Positions 17,426 through 27,701 of a DNA stretch of 64,000 nucleotides are shown here, piece by piece. A program made the position numbers and the translations under genes. The first letter of the stretch is position 1. Each line of letters opens with the position of its first letter. The DNA lies in NCBI GenBank assembly GCA_964545165.1, contig CAZJEQ010000001.1, positions 65,971 to 129,970 on the forward strand. Direction: 5' to 3'. The DNA is from an uncultured Candidatus Saccharibacteria bacterium (lineage in GTDB: Bacteria > Patescibacteriota > Minisyncoccia > Phycocordibacterales > UBA2100). The notes beneath the pieces are model-generated. The model did no database searches and was not told where the DNA came from. It saw only the letters and a list, made by a program, of their open reading frames with translations.

Positions 17426-19081
17426 ATGAAGGAACAGCTGTCCGCATGCCTCATTGATGCACTGAAGCGTCTCGATATCGAGGCGACTTCTGTCGTGATC
17501 GAGCATCCAGGCGATCTAAAGAATGGTGATTATGCGACGAGCGCTGCGCTCCAATACGCGAAGCACGCGGGTACCAATCCGCGAGCACTCGCGGAGAAAA
17601 TCGTCGAAGCACTGGGTAGCGTAGATGGCGTCGCCAAGATCGAGATCGCAGGACCGGGCTTTATTAATTTCTATCTCGCGGCCGAGACGGTGGCTGCGAC
17701 GATCGAAAAAGCGCGCGCAGAAGATATGTGGGGCGCTAATACCACGCAGGCAGGGAAGAAGATCATGGTGGAGTACACCGACCCGAATCCCTTTAAGGAA
17801 TTCCACATTGGGCACTTAATGAGTAATGCGATCGGTGAGAGCATCTCACGTCTCTCTCAATTTTCCGGTGCTGAAGTAAGGCGCGCCAATTATCAGGGTG
17901 ACGTGGGACCGCACGTCGCCAAAGGCATTTGGGGCATCAAGAAGCTCGGTGCAGATCCGCATGATGCAAAGGCGCTCGGCAAGGCGTACACGACAGGTTC
18001 CGCCGCGTACGAGAGCGATCCCGAAGCCAAGGCTGAGATCGATGCCATCAACAAAAAAGTGTACGACCGCTCCGACGAAGAGATCAATGCCCTCTACGAT
18101 GCAGGGCGCACAGCGTCACTCGAGCATTTCGAAGAGATCTATGCATTGCTCGGTACGAAATTCGATCATTACTTTTTTGAGAGTGCGAGTGCACCGCGCG
18201 GCGTCGAAATCGTGAAGGCGCATCCCGAGGTCTTCGAGGAGAGCGAAGGCGCGGTCGTATACAAAGGGGAGAAGGTAGGGCTGCACACACGTGTCTTTCT
18301 CACCTCCAAAGGGCTCCCGACCTATGAGGCAAAAGATCTTGGTCTCACGCAGCTCAAGGCGGAGACCTGGGATTTTGATACATCGGTTATCGTCACGGCG
18401 AGCGAACAATCGGGATATTTCGAGGTGGTGCTCGCCGCGATGCGCGAGATTTTCCCAGAAATTGCCGCTAAGACGCAGCACGTCTCGCACGGCATGATGC
18501 GCTTTGCGGACGGCAAGATGTCGTCGCGTACTGGCAACGTCATCACCGGTGAATCACTCTTGCAGGATCTCGCGGAGGCAGCTACCGAGCGTGCTGCCGA
18601 GAGTCGTGCACATGATAAAGATGCGCTCGCACAGGAGGTCGCCGTCGCTGCGGTGAAATATCAGGTGCTGAAACAAGTCTCCGGCAAAGACATCATCTTT
18701 GATCGTGAGCGGGCGCTCTCGCTCGAAGGGGACTCTGGTCCGTATCTCCAATACGCTCACGCTCGTACGCATGCCATCGCCGAGAAAGCCAAGGAACAAG
18801 GCGTCGTTCCCATATATGGGCACGTAGATATTAACGATTTGGCACGTCTGCTAAATCGCTTTCCGGAGATCGTGGAGTACGCGAGTGAGATGCGCGAGCC
18901 GCATCTGCTCGCGACCTATCTGGTCGCCGTCGCCTCAGGATTTAATTCGTGGTACGCGCAGGAGCAGATCCTCGACGGCACACCCGCCGCTGCGCACAAA
19001 GTTGCACTCACCGACGCGGTGCGCAAAACCCTCAAAAACGGTCTCTGGATCCTCGGCATTCCTGCACCCGAGAAAATGTAA
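17426..19081 (+). CDS. argS: Arginine--tRNA ligase
   Basis: GDYA, GPGFIN, PNPFKEFHIGH, KMSSRTG, GPYLQYAHAR. Confidence 0.97.
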   Translation: MKEQLSACLIDALKRLDIEATSVVIEHPGDLKNGDYATSAALQYAKHAGTNPRALAEKIVEALGSVDGVAKIEIAGPGFINFYLAAETVAATIEKARAEDMWGANTTQAGKKIMVEYTDPNPFKEFHIGHLMSNAIGESISRLSQFSGAEVRRANYQGDVGPHVAKGIWGIKKLGADPHDAKALGKAYTTGSAAYESDPEAKAEIDAINKKVYDRSDEEINALYDAGRTASLEHFEEIYALLGTKFDHYFFESASAPRGVEIVKAHPEVFEESEGAVVYKGEKVGLHTRVFLTSKGLPTYEAKDLGLTQLKAETWDFDTSVIVTASEQSGYFEVVLAAMREIFPEIAAKTQHVSHGMMRFADGKMSSRTGNVITGESLLQDLAEAATERAAESRAHDKDALAQEVAVAAVKYQVLKQVSGKDIIFDRERALSLEGDSGPYLQYAHARTHAIAEKAKEQGVVPIYGHVDINDLARLLNRFPEIVEYASEMREPHLLATYLVAVASGFNSWYAQEQILDGTPAAAHKVALTDAVRKTLKNGLWILGIPAPEKM

Positions 19082-19120
19082 AACCGGCGCGTCGGAGACG
19101 CGCCGGTCGTGGCCTTTCCT

Positions 19121-19321
19121 TCACCTTGTTGATTTGCGAATCGACACGCTCTCTTGGCAGTGGAGCGAGCAGAAGTAGTGCGGCACGCCGTCGACGATCT
19201 TCGGCGGAAGTGCAGTGCGGAGTCCACATTTGTCGCACTCGTGCAGCTCGGGCGAATCATTGGCAAGCGGCGGGATTTTCGAGCCAAACGAGCCATACGT
19301 AGGCATCGCATCGTCTGTCAT
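19121..19321 (-). CDS. Small metal-binding protein (TRASH/YHS-like CxxC...FCSxxC)
   Basis: HECDKCG...HYFCSLHC; AGAGG before ATG. Confidence 0.55.
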   Translation of the reverse strand: MTDDAMPTYGSFGSKIPPLANDSPELHECDKCGLRTALPPKIVDGVPHYFCSLHCQESVSIRKSTR

Positions 19322-19422
19322 GACGGCCTCTTGTTGGTGAGGGGTGGTGGGGTAGCTTCGGGCAGCATACTCGCCAGTCAGTGGCATGCAACTCGCGCCG
19401 GAGAAGATGTAGCGCAGCTCTA

Positions 19423-20448
19423 CTATGAGCGTTTTCTGAACAGATTATCAGCTGCTTGCCGATTCGGCATAGCATCGAGTATGGGTGCAAATTCTGCCAA
19501 GGCCGCTCTGCGATCTTCTACTGCGTCAATCAGCTTCATAGTATTCGGAAATCTGGATTTCATACGTGCGCCGAACATTTGCTCCTCGAGGATGAACTCC
19601 CTTACCCCCATCCGCAGTCTATTGGCTAAATCCTCCAGCCCCATCCCACGCAAGAGCTCCGGCTTATCTCCAACCTGTTCAAGTGGCCGCAGGACCCTGA
19701 TGAGGTAGTGCTTCATGCCCTCCAATAGGGTGACCTGTTCGGCTTCAAACTTCTGTATTTCGGCGTTGATCTCAGGCGATCCATTAATCGTATTTCTCAG
19801 CGATGATCGCAACCATTTCTCACTCAGCGAATCGATTTTGCCACGTAGTGTTTTAAGCACATCAAACGGACGTTCCCAAGCGGATGCATCCGGGAAAACG
19901 TTGAACATACTGCTTTGGCTCAGTGGATTTTCTACAGCACCAAAAATGTCGGCACGCATCGCACTCATCGCTTCAGCCTCCTGTGAAAGCGCCGTTTGTT
20001 TTCTGAGGTCGGAAAGGAATTGCCATTCCTGCGCGCGGCATGCTACGGCAGCATCCAAGAGCTCATAGCCGCTTCGAGCCACGTTTCTTTTCCGGATAGC
20101 CGTGTCCGCGCGGCTCATTCCTCGGCCTTGTACTTCTTGCACGATTTTCCCGAGACCGCTCTTGATGAATATAAATCCCTGCAATTGATCGTTCTCGAAT
20201 CTTTTGATCTTGTAATCGATCTCCGGAGTCGCCTTTATGACACTAGAGAGCAACTGGACGGATAGATCCTTCGAGAATTCGTTGGCCTTTTCCGCTGCGC
20301 TTTTCAAGTCTGCAAGGTCAGGATTCGGAGGCGCGCTTGGTTGAGCGAGCGCCTCACCGCCGATTGCCATAGTCGTGCCGGCGGCAGCGGCACCTTTCAT
20401 AAACAACCGTCTGCCCATCTTTTCCGGACCGTCGAGACCCTCTTTCAT
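19423..20448 (-). CDS. Hypothetical exported helical protein with a twin-arginine-like leader
   Basis: MKEGLDGPEKMGRRLFMKGAAAAG...ALA-QP. Confidence 0.7.
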   Translation of the reverse strand: MKEGLDGPEKMGRRLFMKGAAAAGTTMAIGGEALAQPSAPPNPDLADLKSAAEKANEFSKDLSVQLLSSVIKATPEIDYKIKRFENDQLQGFIFIKSGLGKIVQEVQGRGMSRADTAIRKRNVARSGYELLDAAVACRAQEWQFLSDLRKQTALSQEAEAMSAMRADIFGAVENPLSQSSMFNVFPDASAWERPFDVLKTLRGKIDSLSEKWLRSSLRNTINGSPEINAEIQKFEAEQVTLLEGMKHYLIRVLRPLEQVGDKPELLRGMGLEDLANRLRMGVREFILEEQMFGARMKSRFPNTMKLIDAVEDRRAALAEFAPILDAMPNRQAADNLFRKRS

Positions 20449-20514
20449 ATGAGAGCAATCATACACCCGTGGTGTAAACCGTTGGGGAAAAGGTGGCTGG
20501 GGTAGAATGGCTCG

Positions 20515-22083
20515 ATGAAGCAGGAAGATGCACTCACGATACTGAAGACCGGGATGAATGTCTTCCTCACCGGCGAGCCGGGGAGCGGCAAGACGCACAC
20601 CATCAATCGCTACATCCAATGGCTGCGCGAGCGGGGTATCGAGCCTGCAGTCACCGCCTCGACGGGCATTGCGGCGACGCACGTCGGCGGACACACCATC
20701 CATTCGTGGAGCGGTATCGGAGTGAAGAGCAAGATCACGGATTGGGATGTGGAGATGATCGAGCAGCGCGAGAAGACGGCGCGAAGGATTATTGATGCCA
20801 AGGTCCTCATTATCGACGAGGTCTCGATGCTCGACGCCGACACACTCGCGAGCGTCGATAAGGTGCTGCGCATCCTTCGCCGCCGACCCGCGAGCGAGGG
20901 CCAGCCATTTGGCGGACTGCAGATAATTTTTGTCGGCGACTTCTTCCAGCTGCCACCAGTTTCCCGTGGATCACGCGCGGTCTTTGCATTTGAGAGCCCG
21001 GCATGGCGCGAAGCCAACCCGGTGGTGTGCTATCTCTCTGAGCAGCATCGCCAGGAGGACCCGGATTTTCTCGATCTCCTCGGCGCGCTGCGCAGTGGCG
21101 AATTCGGCATCACACATCTCAATCGTCTCAAATCACGCATGGGTATTTCGCCGAAGCAGGAAGTAGCGACGCGACTCTACACGCACAATGCCGATGTGGA
21201 TCGCATCAACGCCGATTCGCTCCGTGCTATCACGGGCGAGGGCAAGCGCTACGTGATGACTTCGCGCGGCGCATCCGCGCTCGTCGAGACGCTCAAGAAA
21301 AATTGCCTCTCACCGGAGACGCTCGATCTCAAGGTCGGCGCGGCCGTGATGTTTACGCGCAACAATTTTGAAGAAGGGTACGTCAATGGCACGCTCGGCG
21401 AAGTCGTCGGATTTGCCGCGAGCGGGTACCCCATCGTGAAGACCAAGGCAGGGAAGCGCATCGAGGCAGTGCCCGGCGAGTGGAGCATCGCCGATGGCCC
21501 GAAGATTCTCGCGCAGGTAAAACAGGTGCCGCTGCGCCTTGCGTGGGCCATCACCGTACACAAATCACAGGGCATGTCGCTCGATAGTGCGATCATCGAT
21601 CTCGGCTCGGCATTTGAATTCGGACAGGGCTATGTGGCGATCTCGCGCGTGCGCTCGCTGCAGGGTCTTTTTCTCGAGAGCTTCAACGAGCGCTCGCTCC
21701 AGCTGCATCCCAAAGTCGTCGGCAAAGATCATCTCTTCCGCCAGGCAGCAGCGGCTGCGCGGCAAAAATTCGCATCGCTCACACGCGAGGAGAAAGCCAA
21801 GCTGGAAGAAAATTTCCTCCGCGCGATTGGTGCACGCGAACCAAGCGTTGTGACCAAGGTGAAAGAGGCTGCGCGATCGAGCATAGAAATACTGCGCGAA
21901 AAATATCCCAACGTCGGCAAGCCCTGGAGCAAGGCCGACGACGACCTCCTCACCGCGATGCACAAGGCGGGGAAGGTGACGGCAGAGATCGCCAAACAAT
22001 TTGGCAGAAAGCCCTCTGCCATCACCGCGCGCCTCGGCCACCTGGGGCTCATCGAGACCTTTTGGAAACCCAAAAAGAAGTGA
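20515..22083 (+). CDS. PIF1-family 5'-3' DNA helicase with a C-terminal HTH-like domain
   Basis: GEPGSGKT, IIDEVSM, GDFFQLPPV, AITVHKSQG, YVAISR; tail GKPWS..DD.L...IAKQFGR..SAI.ARL. Confidence 0.92.
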   Translation: MKQEDALTILKTGMNVFLTGEPGSGKTHTINRYIQWLRERGIEPAVTASTGIAATHVGGHTIHSWSGIGVKSKITDWDVEMIEQREKTARRIIDAKVLIIDEVSMLDADTLASVDKVLRILRRRPASEGQPFGGLQIIFVGDFFQLPPVSRGSRAVFAFESPAWREANPVVCYLSEQHRQEDPDFLDLLGALRSGEFGITHLNRLKSRMGISPKQEVATRLYTHNADVDRINADSLRAITGEGKRYVMTSRGASALVETLKKNCLSPETLDLKVGAAVMFTRNNFEEGYVNGTLGEVVGFAASGYPIVKTKAGKRIEAVPGEWSIADGPKILAQVKQVPLRLAWAITVHKSQGMSLDSAIIDLGSAFEFGQGYVAISRVRSLQGLFLESFNERSLQLHPKVVGKDHLFRQAAAAARQKFASLTREEKAKLEENFLRAIGAREPSVVTKVKEAARSSIEILREKYPNVGKPWSKADDDLLTAMHKAGKVTAEIAKQFGRKPSAITARLGHLGLIETFWKPKKK

Positions 22084-22117
22084 TAGATTGGGGACCGCTA
22101 ATCACGAGAGGTGGCGA

Positions 22118-22444
22118 ATGGTCGACAATCAATTGCGTGCACGAGTGGAGCGTGAGTTGGGACTCCTCTTCGATGAGGTGCTCAAAGGCAACGAGCAGTA
22201 CGGGCTCTACGAACGTCGGGACAAGCTCTTCAGGAGCCTGGAAGGTGTTGTGTTCTTCCGCAAGACGATACAGCACACGACCCCGATCGACATTGATGTG
22301 GTGGAGCGCGGCGACAAGCTCTTCCTTGTGGCCCGGTACTTCGACAAGGTGGGGACGTTCATCCCGACGCCGAAGGACATCGAGGCGACGCCGACGAACA
22401 TCCGCAGTCTCAAGTCCCACCTCGCCTATGCACTGACGTGCTGA
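22118..22444 (+). CDS. Orphan hypothetical protein
   Basis: SD GAGGTG before ATG; downstream hairpin 22469-22495. Confidence 0.55.
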   Translation: MVDNQLRARVERELGLLFDEVLKGNEQYGLYERRDKLFRSLEGVVFFRKTIQHTTPIDIDVVERGDKLFLVARYFDKVGTFIPTPKDIEATPTNIRSLKSHLAYALTC

Positions 22445-22522
22445 TGCGCACGGAGGTGACGAACAAAAAGCCCGGCTAGATCCATGCCGGGCTTCGTCTT
22501 TTGTGGTATCGTACGGACACAT

Positions 22523-25372
22523 ATGGCAGAGAAGAAGGGGGCTGATTTCTCCCGACCCACAGATGCAAACTCCAAGTCCTCAGTAGCGCTTCGCGAAGAA
22601 GCGACGCAGCAGTGGTGGGAAGAAAACCGCATTTTTGAAAAGTCGGTCGAGAAGCCCGCCATCCACGGCGATTACGTCTTCTACGATGGGCCGCCCTTTG
22701 CCACGGGCCTCCCGCACTACGGGCACATCGTCGCGAGCGTGATCAAAGACATCGTGCCGCGCTACTGGACGATGCGCGGCTATTCGGTGCCGCGTGTGTG
22801 GGGCTGGGATTGTCACGGCCTCCCGATCGAAAACATCGTCGAGAAGATGCTCGGCTTTAAACACAAAAAAGACATCAAGGAGTACGGCGTCGAGAAATTC
22901 AACGAGAAGTGTCGCGACCAGGTGCTGACCTATGCGCACGAGTGGGAGAAGATCATTCCGCGTATCGGCCGCTGGGCGGATATGAAAAACGCGTACCGCA
23001 CGATGGACAAGCCATTTATGGAATCGGTGTGGTGGGCATTCAAAGAGCTGTACGACAAGGGTCTCGTCTACGAGGATTATCGCGTGATGCACGTGTGTAC
23101 TCGCTGCGAGACGACGCTCTCACAGACAGAGGTCTCCGAAGGGTACAAAGATGTGAAGGACATCGCGGTGACGGTGAAATTCAAGGTAGTTATGGAGGGT
23201 CAAACGCTCGGCCTTAATTTGACGCCAAATACGTACATTCTTGCGTGGACAACAACGCCGTGGACGCTGCCGGGCAACGTCGCTCTTGCTGTGAACTCGA
23301 GCATTGAATACGGTGCTTACGAAAAAGATGGCGAGACGTTCATTGTTGCTGTGAACAGAGCATCTACCTATGGGTTCGAAAATCCAAGAGTTACATGGCC
23401 GGGAAGTCAGTTACGCGGCGTCGCGTACGAGCCGATATTTGATTATTACGCCAAGGACGAGACGCTGAAAAATCGTGAGAATGGCTGGAAGGTCTATGCA
23501 GCGGACTTTATAACCGACGAAAATGGTACCGGCATCGCGCATGAAGCACCAGCATTTGGTGGCGAGGATTGGGAATTGGCCAAGCAGGTGAATCTACCGT
23601 TTGTGCAGCACGTCAACTACGACGGCACCATGAAAGCAGAGGTGACAGATTTTGCAGGAATGGACGTAAAGCCTCGATCCGATGACGACAAAGAGCGCCT
23701 TGGCACCGACATCGCTGTTTTGAAATACCTCCAAGAGCACGGATCGTTCTTCGCCAAAGAAAATATCGTGCACTCGTACCCACACTGCTGGCGATGCGAC
23801 ACACCACTCCTCAATTACGCGACCTCGTCCTGGTTTGTAAACATCACCAAGATGAAGAGCGATATCTTGGAAAATGCCAAGCCGATCAATTGGTCGCCAG
23901 AAAACATCAAAGAGGGTCGCTGGGGCAAGTGGCTCGACGGCGCGCGCGATTGGTCCATCTCGCGTCAGCGATTCTGGGCGTCGTGTATCCCGCTCTGGGT
24001 GTGTGAAAAGTGCAAAAAGCAGCGTGTATTTGGCTCAGCCAGCGAGCTGGAAGAGGCGAGTGCGCAGAGCGTGGACGACCTGCACAAGCACATCATCGAT
24101 AAAATCACCGTGCCGTGTGAGTGCGGTGGCACCATGCATCGCATTCCAGATGTCTTCGACACGTGGTTCGACTCGGGTTCCATGCCGTACGGCGAGAAAC
24201 ACTACCCATTTGAGAACAAAGATCGATTCGATGCGGGCTTCCCGGCGCAATTCATCGCCGAGGGGCTCGATCAGACGCGTGCATGGTTTTACTACATGCA
24301 CGTACTCGCGACCGGCATCTTCAATAAAAATGCGTTCCAGAATGTGATCGTCAACGGCATCGTCCTTGCAGAAGACGGCAAGAAGATGTCGAAGAAACTC
24401 CAGAATTATCCGGACCCGATGCTCATCGTAGATAAATACGGCGCAGATGCGCTGCGCTATTACCTCATGAGTAGCCCGGTGGTACAGGCAGAGAATTTGA
24501 ATTTTAGTGAGAAAGAAGTCGATGAGGCGCTCAAGAAAAATCTCGGCCGTCTCAACAACGTGCTCGCGTTCTACCAGCTCTATGCGAGTGACACACCGCG
24601 CGACTTTAGAAGTAGGAATGTGCTTGATCAGTGGATCGTGGCGCGCACCTCTGCGCTCATCGGCGAAATGACTGCTGGATTTGAGGCCTACCGCCTCGAC
24701 GAGGCAACGCGCCCACTCGCGCTCTTCATCGACGATCTCTCGGTGTGGTATGTGCGCCGCTCGCGCGATCGCTTCAAAGAAGATGGCGCAGACAAGCAGG
24801 CCGCACTCGCGACGCTCCGCTATGTGCTCCTCACACTCTCGAAGCTCATGGCGCCCGCGATGCCGTTTTTTGCCGAGCATCTCTTCCAGGCGGTTAAAGA
24901 AGGGGAGGATGAGGAGAGCGTGCACCTCGCCATGTGGCCCGAGCAGCCGAAACTCGATTTCGAGCCGGCGCAGGTGCTCGCCTATATGTTTACGACTCGT
25001 GCCATCGTCTCCCAAGCGCTCGATCTGCGCGATCGTGCCAAGATCAAGGTCCGCCAGCCGCTCAATTCGCTGACGCTCCCCGAGGATCCGGGGCTCGCCG
25101 ACGGGTACGTCTCCATCATTCGCGATGAGGTCAATATTAAATTTCTCTTGATCGGCGATACGCTCGATCTCGATACTACAATCACTGAAGTCCTTCGCGA
25201 GGAGGGTGTCGTGCGCGATACGATTCGTGAAATCCAGGCTTACCGCAAGGAGCAGGGGCTCGCACCAGGGGACACGACGACCTATCAGTATGTGGGCGAC
25301 GAGGTCGCTGTCGTGAAGAAGCACCAGGCAGAGATAGAAAAGGCCACCTCGACTGAGATACAATTCGGCTAA
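22523..25372 (+). CDS. ileS: Isoleucine--tRNA ligase (type 2-like)
   Basis: DGPPFATGLPHYGH, GWDCHGLP, WTTTPWTLP, DWSISRQR, KMSKK. Confidence 0.97.
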   Translation: MAEKKGADFSRPTDANSKSSVALREEATQQWWEENRIFEKSVEKPAIHGDYVFYDGPPFATGLPHYGHIVASVIKDIVPRYWTMRGYSVPRVWGWDCHGLPIENIVEKMLGFKHKKDIKEYGVEKFNEKCRDQVLTYAHEWEKIIPRIGRWADMKNAYRTMDKPFMESVWWAFKELYDKGLVYEDYRVMHVCTRCETTLSQTEVSEGYKDVKDIAVTVKFKVVMEGQTLGLNLTPNTYILAWTTTPWTLPGNVALAVNSSIEYGAYEKDGETFIVAVNRASTYGFENPRVTWPGSQLRGVAYEPIFDYYAKDETLKNRENGWKVYAADFITDENGTGIAHEAPAFGGEDWELAKQVNLPFVQHVNYDGTMKAEVTDFAGMDVKPRSDDDKERLGTDIAVLKYLQEHGSFFAKENIVHSYPHCWRCDTPLLNYATSSWFVNITKMKSDILENAKPINWSPENIKEGRWGKWLDGARDWSISRQRFWASCIPLWVCEKCKKQRVFGSASELEEASAQSVDDLHKHIIDKITVPCECGGTMHRIPDVFDTWFDSGSMPYGEKHYPFENKDRFDAGFPAQFIAEGLDQTRAWFYYMHVLATGIFNKNAFQNVIVNGIVLAEDGKKMSKKLQNYPDPMLIVDKYGADALRYYLMSSPVVQAENLNFSEKEVDEALKKNLGRLNNVLAFYQLYASDTPRDFRSRNVLDQWIVARTSALIGEMTAGFEAYRLDEATRPLALFIDDLSVWYVRRSRDRFKEDGADKQAALATLRYVLLTLSKLMAPAMPFFAEHLFQAVKEGEDEESVHLAMWPEQPKLDFEPAQVLAYMFTTRAIVSQALDLRDRAKIKVRQPLNSLTLPEDPGLADGYVSIIRDEVNIKFLLIGDTLDLDTTITEVLREEGVVRDTIREIQAYRKEQGLAPGDTTTYQYVGDEVAVVKKHQAEIEKATSTEIQFG

Positions 25373-25944
25373 TGTATCAGAAGTACCACACCGAAGCGCT
25401 CATCTTGCAGGCGCTTGAAATCGGCGAAGCAGATAAGACCTTCGCGCTCTTTACACGCGATTTTGGCCTCGTCCGCGCTCGCGCGAGCTCGGTGCGCTCG
25501 GAAAAATCCAAGATGCGCTACGCGCTCCAGAATTTCGGACGCGCGAACGTCTCGCTCATCAAGGGGAAGCGCGGGTGGCGCTTGGCAGGTGCGAGTGCAC
25601 TGCAGAGTGCGACCGAGCTCAAATCCATTTCTGTCTTCGCGCGCGTCTCGACGCTCACACTACGTCTCGTACATGGTGAAGAGAAAAACGATTACCTCTT
25701 TGCGGCGCTCGCCGAAGCACACGAGGCCCTGATGCGTCGTGACGCGGAGATCCCGCACGCGACGATCGAGATCGTGTGCGTGGCACGTATCCTCTTTGCG
25801 CTCGGCTACCTCTCGACGGAAGCGCTCCAGAGCACACTCTTCACCCACACCGCCTACTCGATGGAGCACATTCTCGAAGCCGAAGAGATGCGCGAGGAAC
25901 TCCTCTCTTCGATCAACAAAGCCATTGCGGAGACCCAGCTCTAG
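25372..25944 (+). CDS. recO: DNA repair protein RecO (short form)
   Basis: GEADK..LFTRDFG.V.A.A.SVR..KSK N-terminal OB motif. Confidence 0.85.
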   Translation: MYQKYHTEALILQALEIGEADKTFALFTRDFGLVRARASSVRSEKSKMRYALQNFGRANVSLIKGKRGWRLAGASALQSATELKSISVFARVSTLTLRLVHGEEKNDYLFAALAEAHEALMRRDAEIPHATIEIVCVARILFALGYLSTEALQSTLFTHTAYSMEHILEAEEMREELLSSINKAIAETQL

Positions 25945-25959
25945 CGGTACGCTCTTCAA

Positions 25960-26550
25960 ATGAACGAGCCGCTGCCGCTTTTTTCGACACAGAAACTCGA
26001 CACGATCCTCTCAAAAGATGAGGAGGCGTTTACGATTATGCTCGGCCTGGACGAAGGACTGGTTGCGCAACTCAAACAGCGCTCTTCAGATATTGCTGAT
26101 ACCGACCTGCAAGAAAATACGTCTGATTTTCAGCGATTTGGCGAGGGCTCGTATGAGGAGTGGTATGCCAAAGATCGCACCCCGTATGCCCTCACCGACC
26201 AGGCGGGGAAGCTTGCGGCGCTCGCGTGGTTTGGCCCCAAGCCACTCGGCAGAAAGTCGTTGCGGTATCTCTCAGCTGATGAGCGAGCCAAAGAATCCGA
26301 ACAAGAAGCAGGGGATTGGCACACGATTGTGTATCGCTCGTACAACCCGTTTCGCGGCAAGGGACTCATGACGCCGTTTATGAAATACGTGATCGCCGAC
26401 TACAAGCAACGGCATCCCGGTGCGAAGCTCTGGGCAGGCGTGAGTACAAAAAATGCGGCAAGCATGGCGCTGGCAACGAAATTTGGTTTTGTTATATCAG
26501 AAGAACATTCTGATCCGGATGCCGCGTGGTGTGCGATGATAGAAAAATAA
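25960..26550 (+). CDS. GNAT-family N-acetyltransferase
   Basis: FRGKGLM motif A and N.AS.ALA.KFGF motif B. Confidence 0.8.
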   Translation: MNEPLPLFSTQKLDTILSKDEEAFTIMLGLDEGLVAQLKQRSSDIADTDLQENTSDFQRFGEGSYEEWYAKDRTPYALTDQAGKLAALAWFGPKPLGRKSLRYLSADERAKESEQEAGDWHTIVYRSYNPFRGKGLMTPFMKYVIADYKQRHPGAKLWAGVSTKNAASMALATKFGFVISEEHSDPDAAWCAMIEK

Positions 26551-26551
26551 T

Positions 26552-27700
26552 ATGGCGCGCGTAAAACTGAGCGAATACAAGGCGAAGAGTATATTGCTGG
26601 GTGATCAGTACCAGGGTTTGCAGCTGCGCTCGGGGGAGGTGTGGAATATGCCATCGCCCCCTTCGGTCGCCAAAGTCGATCAGGGTATCAAAAAGCGCAT
26701 GAAGCAGGGGCTCGTGGTCATCAACAAATCTGCGAGCGAGATGGAAAGCGCGATGCACGAATGGGAGGGCAAGGGCTTCTCGCAATTTCTCATTGAGCCA
26801 CTTCTGCCGCATGAGGGCAGCGAAGAGCAGTACCTCTCGCTGGAGCGCGTGCGCGAAGGAATCCGTGTGCTCCATGCTGCGGGCGGCGGTGTAGACATCG
26901 AAGAGCACCCTGAGAAGGTCGGACAGTACCTTATTCGTGAGTCGGCGGATCTCGCCGCGGTCGCCACGCAGATGCAGCTACCCGAGGATTTTCTGACGAA
27001 TCTCTATGAGCGGTTCAACAAAGATTTTTTCGCGTTTCTCGAGATCAATCCGCTCGTCGTGAAAGATGGTGTGGTGCATCTGCTCGACGCGGCAGTGCTC
27101 GTTGATAGTGCGGGAGAATTTTTCACCAAAAGCTGGGGAGGAGACGACGTGGTTCGTGCTGCCGCCAAGCACGAGGCTGAGGCGCGTGTGGAAGAACTTG
27201 CTGCGACGACACCCTCCTCGCTCAAGCTCTCGGTAATCAATCCCGACGGCGCACTCTTTTTCCTGCTCTCGGGTGGTGGTGGCTCCATCGTGATTGCCGA
27301 CGAAGCGCAGCTCGAAGGTGTCGGGGATTTGATGGGCAATTATGGCGAGTACAGCGGCGGACCGACTCGTGAGGAGACGTATCTGTACGCCAAAGAGGTG
27401 ATCGGCCTCATGCTCGGCTCGAAGGCCTCGAAAAAGGCGCTGATCATCGCGGGAGGCGTCGCGAATTTCACTGATGTGAAGAAAACTTTTGCGGGGATTA
27501 TTGATGCACTGAGCGAGGAGGCAGATGCGCTGCGCACTCAGGGCATCAAGGTCTTCGTGCGTCGCGGTGGTCCCAACGAAGCAGCAGGGCTCGCCTTGAT
27601 GAAAGACTTCTTGGAGAAAGAGCAGCTCCTCGGCTCTATGGCAGGTTCTGACGCAGTGATCACGAGCGCCATCGACGAGGCAATTCAATTCATCAAATAG
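26552..27700 (+). CDS. aclB: ATP-citrate lyase, ATP-grasp/citrate-binding subunit
   Basis: K.SEYKAK, KVDQ.IKKR.K.GLV, LEINPL, SLKL...NPDG, GGGGS...AD, NYGEYSG, GG.ANFTDV.KTF.GI, VRRGGPN. Confidence 0.9.
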   Translation: MARVKLSEYKAKSILLGDQYQGLQLRSGEVWNMPSPPSVAKVDQGIKKRMKQGLVVINKSASEMESAMHEWEGKGFSQFLIEPLLPHEGSEEQYLSLERVREGIRVLHAAGGGVDIEEHPEKVGQYLIRESADLAAVATQMQLPEDFLTNLYERFNKDFFAFLEINPLVVKDGVVHLLDAAVLVDSAGEFFTKSWGGDDVVRAAAKHEAEARVEELAATTPSSLKLSVINPDGALFFLLSGGGGSIVIADEAQLEGVGDLMGNYGEYSGGPTREETYLYAKEVIGLMLGSKASKKALIIAGGVANFTDVKKTFAGIIDALSEEADALRTQGIKVFVRRGGPNEAAGLALMKDFLEKEQLLGSMAGSDAVITSAIDEAIQFIK

Positions 27701-27701
27701 T

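Noticed and set aside
24035-25363. Long antisense ORFs (also 28410..29468, 32088..33173, 41725..42456)
   Set aside because: They mirror well-supported genes on the opposite strand, which is expected at this GC content, and have no recognisable motifs.
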